This document shows positions 46,607-57,800 of a stretch of DNA of 64,000 nt, in pieces (the stretch's first letter is position 1; each line of letters begins with the position of its first letter). The translations under genes and the position numbers were made by a program. Origin of the DNA: Scenedesmus sp. PABB004 (taxonomy: Eukaryota); contig JABVCE010000021.1 of NCBI GenBank assembly GCA_014905635.1, forward strand, positions 186,001 through 250,000. The letters run 5' to 3'. Below the pieces are notes generated by a model. It saw only the letters and a list, made by a program, of their open reading frames with translations, made no database searches and was not told the origin of the DNA.

Positions 46607-47834
46607 TCAGGGCATTGAGTCGCCCTCGCCGCCGTCCTTGGCCTGCTCCACCAGCTGGTCCTGCGCCTCGATCACGCGGCTCACCGCGCGCTTGCTCGGC
46701 TCCTGCAGCTCGCCTGCGCGCGGCGCGGCGCGGCGCGGCGGCGGGGACTGGGCGCGCCGCCCGCGCCCGGCCCGCTCCCGAGGAGGCCCCCACGCCCACC
46801 CCACCCCGCGCGCACTGCCCGGCTGCGCGTCGCTGTGGTGCGCGGCGCCGTGCTCCCCCGTGCCCCGCACGTGCCCACCCACACACACCACACACACACC
46901 ACACACACACACCCACGCACCCGCGATGAGTATTTCGTCGAGTATGTAGTAGGCCTTGTGGAAGTTGAAGATTAGGTCCAGCTCACACACGTTGCCAAAG
47001 TACCTGGCGCGGCGCGCGCGCCCCCCGCGGCGGCGGCGGCGCGCGGCGGCGGCGCACGGCGGCAGGTGCGTTTGGGGCCCGCGGCGTTGCACGCAGGGCG
47101 GCGGCGGCGGCGGCGGCGGCGGCGGCTGGTGGTTGCGCGCCCGGTGCGTGACGCCCGCGGGTGCGGGGGCGGCGGCGGCGGCGGCGGCGCGTGGGCGGGC
47201 GGCTCACATGTCGAGCACCTCCACAAAGTGGTGGATCGTCTCGAGCACAAGCAGCTCGTTGTCGGCCGGGTCGACGCCGCAGAGGAAGTAGAGACTCGCG
47301 TAGCGCTTGTACACAAGCTTCAGGTTCTTCCTGCAAGACGCGCGCGCACGGCGCGGCGTCGCGTCGCGGCACGGCGGCAAGCGTGCGATGTCGGCGGCGG
47401 CGGCGGCGCGCGCGGCACGCGGCGTCGACCGGCGTGTGCGGGCGCGCGCGGGCGGGTGCAGCGCCGCCGGACCGCTGCGCTGCGCGGAGCGCCACCGGCG
47501 CACCAGTCGACAAAGTTGCAGAGCTTCAGCGGCCGGCTGAGCACGAGCGGCGTCGTCTCCTTGACCACGCGCGCGCGCTCCTTCTGGCTGTACGTGCTGT
47601 ACCACTTGGCCAGCCGCACCTTGCCCTGGCGGCTCATGAGGATGAAAAAGTGGATCTGCCGGCGGCGGCGGCGGCGGCGGACAGCAGCGGCGGGCGGCGG
47701 CGGTTGCGCCAGCGTCCGCGCCGGGGCCCGCCCGATCGCCGGTGGGGGAGGACGTGGAGGCGGGGGCGGACGGGCTGCCCCGCGGGCGCGCCAGCGCGGC
47801 GGCGGCGGCGCGGGCATGCGCCGCCACCCACCAT
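46607..47834 (-). CDS. AP1S1: AP-1 clathrin adaptor complex sigma subunit
   Basis: First coding exon is the ATG alone (47834-47832); then [77 protein letters not shown]. Confidence 0.95.
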
Positions 47835-48421
47835 CGCGCCGCTCCGCCCCGGCCCGCCCCCGCGGGGGGCCGGCGGCAGCGACGGGTCAGCCGGTGGAGG
47901 TCAGCGTGGTGTGCGCCGGTTCCGCGTGAGGCCCCCAGGCCGCGCGGCGGCGAGCGCACGGCGGTCAGCGGCGGCGCTCGCTGCTGCTCGGCGGCGATCG
48001 GCGCTGGCCTGGCGGCCGTGGATGCGGCGGCGGAGCTGGATGTGGAACCAGGGCTGGAGCTGCAGCGACGTGCGCCACCTGTGACGGCACCGAGCAGAAC
48101 CGCCGCCGGCGCCCGCTTGACGCCACACGGCTCGACGTCCGCACGCGCGGTTTCAGCGGCCGCGCGGCGGCGCGCGAGCGTGCGCTGGCATCACAGCAGC
48201 CAACATCAGGACCGCGCCACCGCCCCCACAGCCCTGCGGGCCAGGCGCGCGCACTCCAGCGGCGCCCCTGCCGCTTCCCTGCGCCGCCGGCCGACACTCT
48301 GCCTCGCCGCCTCTGCGCTGCCCGGCCCCCTCCGCCCCAAAACGTGCCGGCATGCGCGGCGCCCGAGGGGCCTGTCTCTGTACAGAACGCTGAGCCCAGC
48401 TGCTGGCAACCTGCGCGCCCG

Positions 48422-50743
48422 TCACGGCGCGGCAAATTTGACGTCCAGGGGCGACGGCTTGGCCTTGCCCTCTGCGCCCGGGCGGGCGGCCGGCGGCGCC
48501 GGCAGCGGCGTGAGCGCAGCGCGGCGTGAGCGCAGCGCGGCATGAGCGCAGCGCGGCATGAGCGCAGCGCAGCGTCGCCGCCGCCGCACCCAGGCAGGGC
48601 GCGCAGGCGGCGACGGCGTCCATGGCGCCCGTGAGGATGCTCTTCTCAATCTTGGTCAGGCGCGCCGCGACCTTCTGGCGCGGCGTGGCGGTGGGGTCGG
48701 CCAGGATCTCGAGGTCGCGCGCCATGCTGTGCCTGCCGGGCGGCAGCGGCGGCGGCGGTGCGGCGGCGGCCGTTGCGGCGTGGCGGCGGCCACGCAGGCC
48801 TTGGCACGCGCGGGCCCGCGCCGCGCCGGCGGGCGCAGCAGCATGGCGCGCACTTGTAGCCCGCCAGGCGCTGCTGCAGGTGGCCCACGAGCGCGCACGC
48901 CGCGGTCTGCTCCAGCTCCGGATCAAACACTGCGCACTCGGCGCTGAACTCAACCTGCGGGGCCGGGGCCGGCGAGCGGGGCGCGGCGTCAGGGTGCGCT
49001 CCGCCACTGCCGCCACCGCCGCAGACGCCGCCATGCCCCCCCCCCCCCGCCCGCCGGCGCGTGCGCGCCTTGTCGAGCTGCTCGTGGCTGGTCGCAAACG
49101 CGAGCCGCAGGTACGGCAGCAGCAGCGGCGGCAGCGGCGCGCCGCGCGTGAGGTCAAACGTTTGCATCGTAGAAAGATTCTCGTCCTGGGCGGGGCGGGG
49201 CGGGACGCCTTGTGAGAGGGGGCGCGACGGAGAGGCGGCGAGCCCCAGCTACAGCGGCTGGGCCCGGGCCCGGTCGCTGCGCGCGCCGCCGCCGCCGCCG
49301 CCGCCGCCGCCCGCCGCCGCCGCCGCCACCGCCGCCCCCGCCGCCGCGTCCGCGTCCGCACCTGCAGCACGCCGCGCTTGACCTTGTACAGCGGGTCGCT
49401 CGACGGCAGCGTGACCTGCGGCAGCCGCAGCACGCGCGGGCAGAGCGGCGGCGGCGGCGGCGCGGGCCGGGTCGGCGCGGCGCGACGGGCGGCGAGCGCG
49501 TGCGGCGCGCGACACGGGCGCAGCGGGCGGCGAGCGCGTGCGGCGCGCGCGGCGTGGTGCGGCGTGGTGTGCGGTGGCCACGCGCCGTGAGCTGGAGCTT
49601 GTCGTAGGGGTTTGCCTCGTCCACGATGCCGTAGTTGAGCAGCAGCCGGCTGTTGGGCTGCGGGCCGCACCACGCGTACAGCGCCTCGCCTGCGCGCACC
49701 GCGGGCCAGCGCGGGACAGGGGGGCGGGGCGCGAGCGCAGGGGAAGGGGGAGGCGGGCGGGCGGGCGGGTGCGTGGGGGGAGGAGCGACGGCGGAGGAGC
49801 CCCAGAGTGGAGCCCGCCGGCGCAGGCGGCGCCGCGCGGCCCGCGGCCGCGCGGCGGGCGCGCGCGCGTGCTGCCGGCCGCCGCACCCTGCTTGTAGTCG
49901 CGGTCGACCACTAGCTCCACCGCCTGGCGCTCGGGGTTGTGCTTGAAGACCGCCTTGCAGGTGGAGCTGTAGCTCAGCAGCGGCGGGCCCATCGGCACCA
50001 GCGCAAAGCGCCGCGCCGGCGGCACGCCCTGCAGGTGCACGATCGACGCCTGCACTGCCGCAAACGCCTGCGCCGCGCGCGAGAGGGCACGGGCGCGGAC
50101 GCGGGCAGGGCCCCCGGCACTGCGTCGGCGCCGCCGGGCCCTCGCATCGGCGGGGCGGGCGCCGCCGCAGCCCGCGCGCACGCGCGCCCCGCCGACGCCC
50201 CGCCGACGCCCCATTCCGTCCCGGCTTCCCGGCGTCCCGGCGCCCCAGGCGCCCATTCCGTCCCGGCGTCCCGGCGCCCCGGCGTCCCGGGGCGTCCCCC
50301 GCGCACCTGCTTGAAGCGCACAAAGGGGAAGGCCTCGGTGGGGATGTCAAAGGGGTACCTGCGACGCGCACAGCAGGCGGCGGCGGCAGCGGCGCGGGGC
50401 CGTCGCTGCGCCGCCGCAGCCCCGGAGCAGAGCCGGTGACGCGCGCCGAGCCGCTGCGCCGCTGAACAGCCCCTGCGCCCTGGAGGGGCCCGGCCGCCCC
50501 TCGCCGCCCCTCCCCGCTGCCGCTGCGCACCGGTTGTAGAGCGAGCCAGCCATGTACCACACGCCGTCGAGCTCCCTGTACTCGCGCTCAATGCCCGCCA
50601 GCCGCGCGCGCACCGCCGACACCACGGGGCTGCCCTGCGGGGGCCCGGGGCGGCGCGGCGCGCGGGCGCGGCGCGCGGGCGTCGCGCGCCGCGCCGCCGC
50701 CGCCGGCGCTGCGCTGCCGCCGCGGCTGCCGCCGCCGCCGGAC

Positions 50744-50774
<31 letters not shown>

Positions 50775-51920
50775 GCGCTGCCGCCGCCGCCGCGCCTGCA
50801 GCAGGTCTGTGAGCTCCTCGTCGCTCCAGAGCAGCGGGCTCTCCACCGCCTGCACGCCGCGGCCGCGCTGGCGGTCGAGCTCCTTGATGTACGACCACCA
50901 GAAGCTCTCCCGCCCCACCTGCGCGCCGCGGCACCGCGAGCGGCGGCACCGCGAGCGACGCGCGCGGCGGCGCTCGGCCACGCCCCAACACGCCCGCTGC
51001 GCCCCTGGCGCGTGCCCCAACCCCTGCGCCCTGCTGCGACACTTAAAACCCTAAACCCTGCTGCCCCGCCCTGCTGCCCTAAACCCCACCTTTTTCTCAT
51101 ACATCATGTAGAGCGTGAGGCAGGCGAGCTCGCTGAGCTTGCCCGCGGTCAGCATGTCGGCGAGGCCCTCGCTCTCAAACACGCGGTCCAGCGTCACAAC
51201 CTGGGGCCGCGCGGCGCGGTGGGCGGTGAGCAGCGCGCCGCATCGCGGGCTCTGGGCCACCTGGCCCCCTCCCTCTGCCAGCGCGCGCCGCCGCGCTGCC
51301 CCGCGCCCGCCCGCCGCGCGCACCAGGCGGTCCGGCACCGAGATGGCGACGTCCCCCGCCGACAGCGCCGCCGCCGCGACCGTCACGTCCAGCGGGCGGC
51401 CTGTGCGGCGCGGCGGCGGCACGCGGGAGGGGGTGGGCGTGGGGGGCGGGTGCGCCGGCGGGGCGGCGGCGCCGCCGCCGCGGCGCGCGCGCGCACCCGC
51501 GGCGGGGACGTCGAGCGTCGCCAGCGTAACCTTGTCCTGGGGCGCGCCGTTGTCGGCCAGCCAGGTCAGCAGGCTCGGCGCGTCGGCCTTGTGCGTGTCG
51601 GCGCTGTGCTCCGCGCTCACCGCGCGGCGCGGCGGCGCCGCGCGGCGCGCCGGCACGCCCGCGGCGCCCGAGCGCACGCGCACGCGCATGCCCCCGACCT
51701 GCCGCGGCGGTGCGCGCGGTGTGAGGCGGTAGGGGCCCGCGCTGGCGCGCGGTGAGGCGGCAGGGGCCCGCGCTGGCTGCGCCGCGCGGGCGCCGCGCCC
51801 GCCGCCGCTGCTCGCCGCCCGCCAGCGCCGCGCGGCAGCGCCGAAGCTGCAGCGGCGCCGGCGTCGCTGAAGCCGGCCGTCAGCAGCTCGCACCTGGCCC
51901 GCCGGGGCCGCGAAGGCCAT
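48422..51920 (-). CDS. Plastid SET-domain Rubisco-LSMT-like protein (At5g14260/SAFE1-like)
   Basis: Transit peptide; KLSELACLTLYMMYEKK, ELDRQRGRG...ESPLLWS, YPFDIPTEAF, RRFALVPMGPPLL, WCGPQPNSRLLLNYGIVDEANPYD, LLPYLRL. About 15 exons. Orthology recalled from memory. Confidence 0.88.
48505..48570. repeat. Intronic 16-bp tandem repeat GCGGCRTGAGCGCAGC x4
   Basis: Visible in the last intron (48589-48472) of the SET gene. Confidence 0.85.
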
Positions 51921-52409
51921 GCTGCTAGCAGCAGCAGCAGCTGTTGATGGCGGGCAGCAGCAGCGGGCAGCGGGCCCTTGCTTTGGCCTGATCAGCGCGC
52001 AGTCACGTACGTGACGGCGCAGGATCGTTGCACGGCGAGGCGCGGGGGTGAGCTGAAGCGCGAGCTGCGGGCTCTGGGCGACTGGACTGCCGCTCGCGCC
52101 TCGGCCCACCCGCGACCGGCGTGCGCGCCCAGCAGAGGTCCCCACCACCGCGGCCACGTCACGAGCCACCGCCTGCCACCACCACAGCCCCACCACCACC
52201 GCGCGCCGCGCCAGCGCAGCAGCAGCGCCGCCGGTTGACGCCGGCGCCGCCCGCCGCCGAGGCCTCGCCGCGCGGGATCGCGCCCCCGGGCAGCTGGCGG
52301 GCCACGCAGGCGGCGGAGGGGGCGTGCAGCAGGCGGGCGGCCGCGGGGACGTGCGGCGGCAGGCGGGCGCCGGCGGCGGGCGCGGCGCCGCGGCGCCGCC
52401 GCCGCGGCG

Positions 52410-54518
52410 ATGCGCGACTCGGAGGACGGCGGCGCCGGGCGGCGGGCGGAGATCTACACCTATGAGTCGCCCAACCTGGTGTACGCCATGAACTGGAGCG
52501 TGAGTGCCCCGCGCCGCGGGCGGCTGCCCCGGCGCCGCGGCCATGCCCAAGCGGCGAGCACGCGCGCGACGCTGCGCCGCCCGCGCCGCCGCCGCGCGGC
52601 GCCGCCGCCGCTGCCGCGCCAGGTGCGCGCCGACCGCAAGTACTGCCTGGCGGTGGGGTCGTTCAAGCAGGACACGCAGAACCAGGTGGAGATCATCCAG
52701 CGTGCGTGGCGCGCGCGTTGCTCGGCGCGCCGCCGCCGCCGGCGCCGTGCCCGCCGCCGCCCGCCCGCGCTCAGCGCCGCTGCGCCGCCCGCAGTGGACG
52801 AGGAGAACAGCCGGCTGGTGTGCAACCCAGCGCTCACGTTCCAGCACGCGTACCCGCCAACCAAGATCATGTTCGTCCCCGACAGGTGGGCGGCGCCGCG
52901 CGGCGCCCTACCGGCGCGCCCTGCCGGCGGCGGGCGCGCCGCGCCGCGCCGCGCCGCGCCGCGCCGCGCCGCGCCGCGCGGCGCGGCGCCCACGCGCCGC
53001 CGCCCGCGCGCGCCGCGACCCGCGCGGCAGGCCCGGCGTGCTGCCCGACCTGCTGGCCACGAGCGGCGACCACCTGCGCATCTGGGCGATCGGCCCCGGC
53101 GGCGTGACGCTCGACCGCCTGCTCACAAACGTGCGTGCGGGGGCCTTAGGGCGGCGGTGGCAGCAGGGGGCCAGCGGCGGTGGCAGCAGGGAGCCGGCGG
53201 CGGCAGCAGGGGGCCGGCGGCGGCAGCAGGGGGCCGGCGGCGGCAGCAGGGGGCCGGCGGCGGCAGCAGGGGGCCGGCGGCGGCAGCAGGGGGCCGGCGG
53301 CGGCAGCAGGGGGCCGGCGCCGGCAGGCGGCCCAGCGCCGCCGCCTCGCTGCCTCGCCGCCTCGCCGCGTCGTCGCAGAACAAGCAGAGTGAGTTTTGCG
53401 CGCCGCTGACGTCGTTTGACTGGAACGAGGTCGACCCCAAGCGCCTCGGCACGAGCAGCATCGACACGACGTGCACCATCTGGGTGCGCCCCCCGCGCAT
53501 GCGCACGCGGCGCCACGCCGCGCCGCGCTGCTGCTGCCGCGCGCCGCGCCGCGCCGCGCTCACTGCCCGCGCCCCCGCCGCACGGTGGCGCGTGTCCAGG
53601 ACATTGAGCGCGGCGTGGTGGACACGCAGCTCATCGCGCACGACCGTGAGGTCTACGACATCACCTGGGGCGGCGTCGGCGTGTTTGCGACCGCCTCGGC
53701 CGACGGCAGCGTGCGCGTGTTCGACCTGCGGTGCGGCGCGGCGGCGCGGGGGGGGGGGGGGGCTCCCCGCGAGCGCGCGCCGGGAGCAGCGCGGCGCGGG
53801 CCTGCGCCCGCCCCCGTGGCCGGCCCGCGGTCAACGCGCGGTCGACGCCCCGCCCCGGCGGCGGCTCGCGGCGCAGGGACAAGGAGCACAGCACGATCAT
53901 CTTTGAAGGGCCGCCCGACACGCCGCTGCTGCGGGTAGGGTGGAACAAGCAGGACCCCCGCTACATCGCGGCGCTGCTGGCAGACAGCCCAAAGGTTGGG
54001 CGCGGCTGCGGCCGCGGGGCGCGGCGCGGGGGCGCCTCGCTCCGCCCCGCTCTGCCGCGCTGCGCCCCCGCGCGCTCGCGCCCACCCACCCCTGCGCGCT
54101 CGCACCCGCCCCGGCCCGGCCCGCCCCGCCGCGCGCCGCAGGTTGTCATCCTGGACATCCGCTTCCCCACGCAGCCGGTCACGCAGCTCGCGCGCCACCA
54201 CGCGCCCGTCAACGCGCTCGCGTGGGCCCCGCACTCGGCCTGCCACATCTGCACCGCCGGCGACGACTCCCAGGCGCTCATTTGGGACCTCTCGCCGCTC
54301 GCGGCGCCGCCGGGCGGCGCCGACGCCGGCGCGGCGGCGGCGGTGCGGCGAGCGGCGGCGGCGCAGCGGCTGGCGGCGGCGGCGGCGGGGGCTACAGCTT
54401 GGATCCCATCCTCGCCTACAGCGGTGGCGCCGAGATTAACCAGCTGCAGTGGAGCACCGCGCAGCCGGACTGGGTCGCCGTGTCGTTTGCCAACAAGACC
54501 CAGATCCTGCGCGTCTGA
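52410..54518 (+). CDS. DCAF7/WDR68/LWD1/TTG1-family WD40 protein
   Basis: [133 protein letters not shown]. Needs a 1-nt correction near 54331. Confidence 0.95.
53151..53318. repeat. Intronic 20-bp minisatellite CGGCAGCAGGGGGCCGGCGG, about 8 copies
   Basis: Exact units start at 53201, 53221, 53241, 53261 and 53281, with degenerate flanking copies. Confidence 0.92.
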
Positions 54519-54811
54519 GGCGGCCGGCTGGGCTCTGAGCAGCTCACGAGCAGCGCCGGCGGCGGCGCCGCGGGCGCGGGCGGGCGGCGCGCGGCGCGGG
54601 GGGCGCACGCGCGGGGGCGGCGTTGCCGGCGCGCTCGCCGCGGCGGCCCCCGCGCGGCCTTTGAACAGGCCCCGCCCCCGCGCCTCGCCCGAGCCTCCGC
54701 CTCGCGCTCCGCCTCGCGCCCGCCGCTCTCGCTCGCGCCCGCGCCGCCCCGTCGCGGCCGCCGCGCCGGCGGCGCGCCGCGGACGCGCCCAGCGCCGCCC
54801 TTTGGGCGCCG

Positions 54812-57800
54812 TCAGTGCGCCGCGCTGCTGGTGGAGGGCCCCGTGCGCGCGTAGACGTACATGTAGCCCAGGCCCAGTGGCGGCGCCGCGCTCGCTGCGA
54901 CCTTCTCGTCGTTGAAGATCACCCACCGGCCGCCCTGCACGGCGGCGGCGGCGCGGTAGCGTGGCGCGGCCGCAGCGGCGGCGAGCGCGGGCTGGGCGCG
55001 GGCTGGGCGCGGGCTGGGCGCGGGCTGGGCGCGGGCTGGGCGCGGACGGGGCGCGGGCGGCGGCGGCGGCAGCCCGGGCGAGCGCAGGCAGGGCCGGCGG
55101 CGGCGGCGGGTGGTGGCGGTGGTGGTGGTGGTGGTGGCGGTGGTGGTGGTGGCGGGTCGCGCCTTGAGCACGTGGGCGACGTAGTGCCCGCACGCGGTGT
55201 TGGTGCCCATGTGGCTCACGATGCCCACGAGGCGGTACGTGCCGGGGCCGTCGAGCAGGCTCGGCCTGCGCGGCGGCGCGCAGCCCGTGAGCGCGACCGC
55301 GCGGGGCCGCGGCCGCCAGTGCCCGCGCGCGCGCACGCGGGCCGCGCCGCCGCGCACCGGTTGCCGCCGTCGCCGCCGGGCGCGGCGCCGCCGTCGGCCG
55401 CGGCTGCGCCGCCTGCGCCGCCGCCCTGCGCGGCCGCGATGGCCGCGGGCAGGTCGTCCATGTGGCTAAACAGCCAGTCGGCCGCGCGCTCCACGCTGCC
55501 GCCCGTCGCGGACAGCGCGGCCGCCGCGGCGTCGGGCTCAAAGCCCATCGCCGTCAGCATTGACACCTGCGCGGCGGACGGCGACCGCGGCGGCGGCGAC
55601 CGCGGGCACTGCGCGTGGGCGGGGAGCCTCCAGCGAGCGGCGGCGGCGCGCTCCCTCCCCTCTCCGTTGCGCCGCCGCGCGCCGCCGCCGCCGCGGGCGC
55701 GCGCCTTTTCGGGGTCGAACTGCTGCGCCGCCGCCGCCGCCGCCTGCTGCTGCTCGCCGCCGCCGGCGCCGGGCGTGGGCAGCGGGTCGTTGAACCCAGG
55801 GTCCTGCATGTGCCCCAGAACCCACTCCATGGCCGCCTCGGCGTTGGAGTTGCCCGTGGCGAGCGCTGCACGACCACAGGTGCGGGCGGGAAGGAGGTGA
55901 GGGGGGTGAGGGGGTGAGGGGGTGTGGAGCGCGAGGCGCGCTCCGCGTGTCGGCCGGCGGCCGCCGCGCAGCGCCCGGCGCGCGCGCGCGCGGCCGCCCG
56001 GGGGTGGGCCCTCACCCGCGCGCTTGCTGCCGTTCTCGGAAAAGCCCATCGAGACCAGCTGCGCCACGATGGTCGCGTCCGGCTCTGGCGCCGCCGCGGG
56101 CGCCGCGGGCGCGGCGGCGGCGCCGCCCGCCGGCGCCTCCTCGGGCTGCAGCTGCTCCCCCGGCGCGGGGCCTGCGCCGCGGGCGCGGCGCGGCGACCGC
56201 GCTCGGCGCGCGGCGCGCGCACGGCGCAGCCCGCGCGCGCTGTGCCGCGACACGCCCGGCGACCGCACCCGTGCTGCGCAGGGCCTCCAGGTTGAGCTCC
56301 AGCGGCATCGGCACCTCCACCTCCAGCTTCTTGGGCGACCAGTCCTCTGCGGCGGCGCCGCGCGGCGCGCGCGTCAGCCAGCGCCGCGCCCCGCAGCGCG
56401 GTTCGAAGGCTCCCGGGGGCTCGCAGCCCCGCCGCCGCCGCCGCCGCCGCCGCCGGGGGCCGCACCCACCGGCGACATAGTAGCGCTTCAGCGACACCAC
56501 CAGCACGGGCGGGAAGGTCGCGAAGCGCGTGCGCCGGCTCGCCTCGCCCTTGCGCCCCGCCGCCGCGGAGTGATAGTCGGGCAGGACCTGCGCGGCGCGG
56601 CACGTGGCGCGGCACGTGGGGCGGCACGTGGCGCGGCACGTGGGGCGGCACGTGGGGCGGCGGGGGCGGCGCATGGGGCGGTGCGTGCGGCGCGGCGATG
56701 AGCGCCGAGCAACGAGCGAAGCGGGGCGGCAGCGGCGGCGGCACGCGCGCCGCACCTCGGCCGCCGCAAAGCGGCTGAGGCAGGCCTCAAAGGGAATCAT
56801 GGGCAGCACCGGCGTCTCGCCGCCGCCGCCGCCGCTGGCGCCGCTGGCACCGCCGCCGCCGCTGGCGCCGCCGCCCGCGCCGCCCGCGCCGGGCTCGCCC
56901 GGCAGCACCACGTCCGCTGCGCCGTCGGCGCCGCCGTCGAGGCTGCTGCCGGCGCCGATGTAGGCGCTGGCCTGCCGCGGCGGCCGCGGCGGCGGCACGA
57001 GCTGAACTAGCGGCGCGCGCCGCGGGGGCGCGCGCCAGGCCCGCCCCTCTACAGCCGCTGCCCTGCGCGCCCCTGGCGCCGAAGCCGCCGCCGCACCTGC
57101 TCCTCCTTCAGCCTCGCGCGCTTGGCCTCGCGCTCGCGGTATGCCGCCACCGCCTCGGCGTTGGTCGCCGCCTCGACAGGGATGTGCAGCGCCAGGCTGC
57201 TCGCGAGCGTGCGCCTGGCAGCGGCGGCGGCGGCGCGGCGCGGCGCTCGCAACGCGGGCGGGCCACGGCCCGCGCGCGCCGCGGCGGCGCGCACCTGTAG
57301 CTGACCGCACCGGTGGCCATGCACTGCGTGCGGTCCTCGAGCTGAAAGTTGAACACCGCCGGCGTCAGCGCCTGCGCGGCACGGCGCGGGAGGGGGGGGG
57401 GGGGGGCCTTGGGCCGGCCGGCGTGCAGCCGCGCAGCGGCGGCGGCGCGAGGGCCGCCAGGCGCGTGCGCGCGCCAGCCGCCTGCCGCCGCCGCGTGCCG
57501 CTGCCCCACCTGCCCGTCCTCGATGCCCAGCCGCGCCGCGCCGGCGTGCTCCGCGCGCGAGAGCAGCTGCAGCAGGTGCCCAAGGTACTCCGCGGCGTCC
57601 TGCCAGGGCGCGGCGGCGTGAGGCGGGCACGTGCGCGGCGCGGGCACACAGCGAGCCGCGGCGTGCAATTGGCCGCCGGCGCGCAGCGCGGCGCGGCGGC
57701 CGTGGGACGGCGCGCCGCGACACCTGCTGCCGGCCCGACGAGAACTCTGGGTGGCCGCGCCCCACCAGCGCCTTGAACGCCGCCGGCCGCACGCTGTTGG

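Noticed and set aside
53151..53318. Regular repeat resembling a CRISPR array
   Set aside because: Head-to-tail units with no spacers, inside a eukaryotic intron, and no cas genes.
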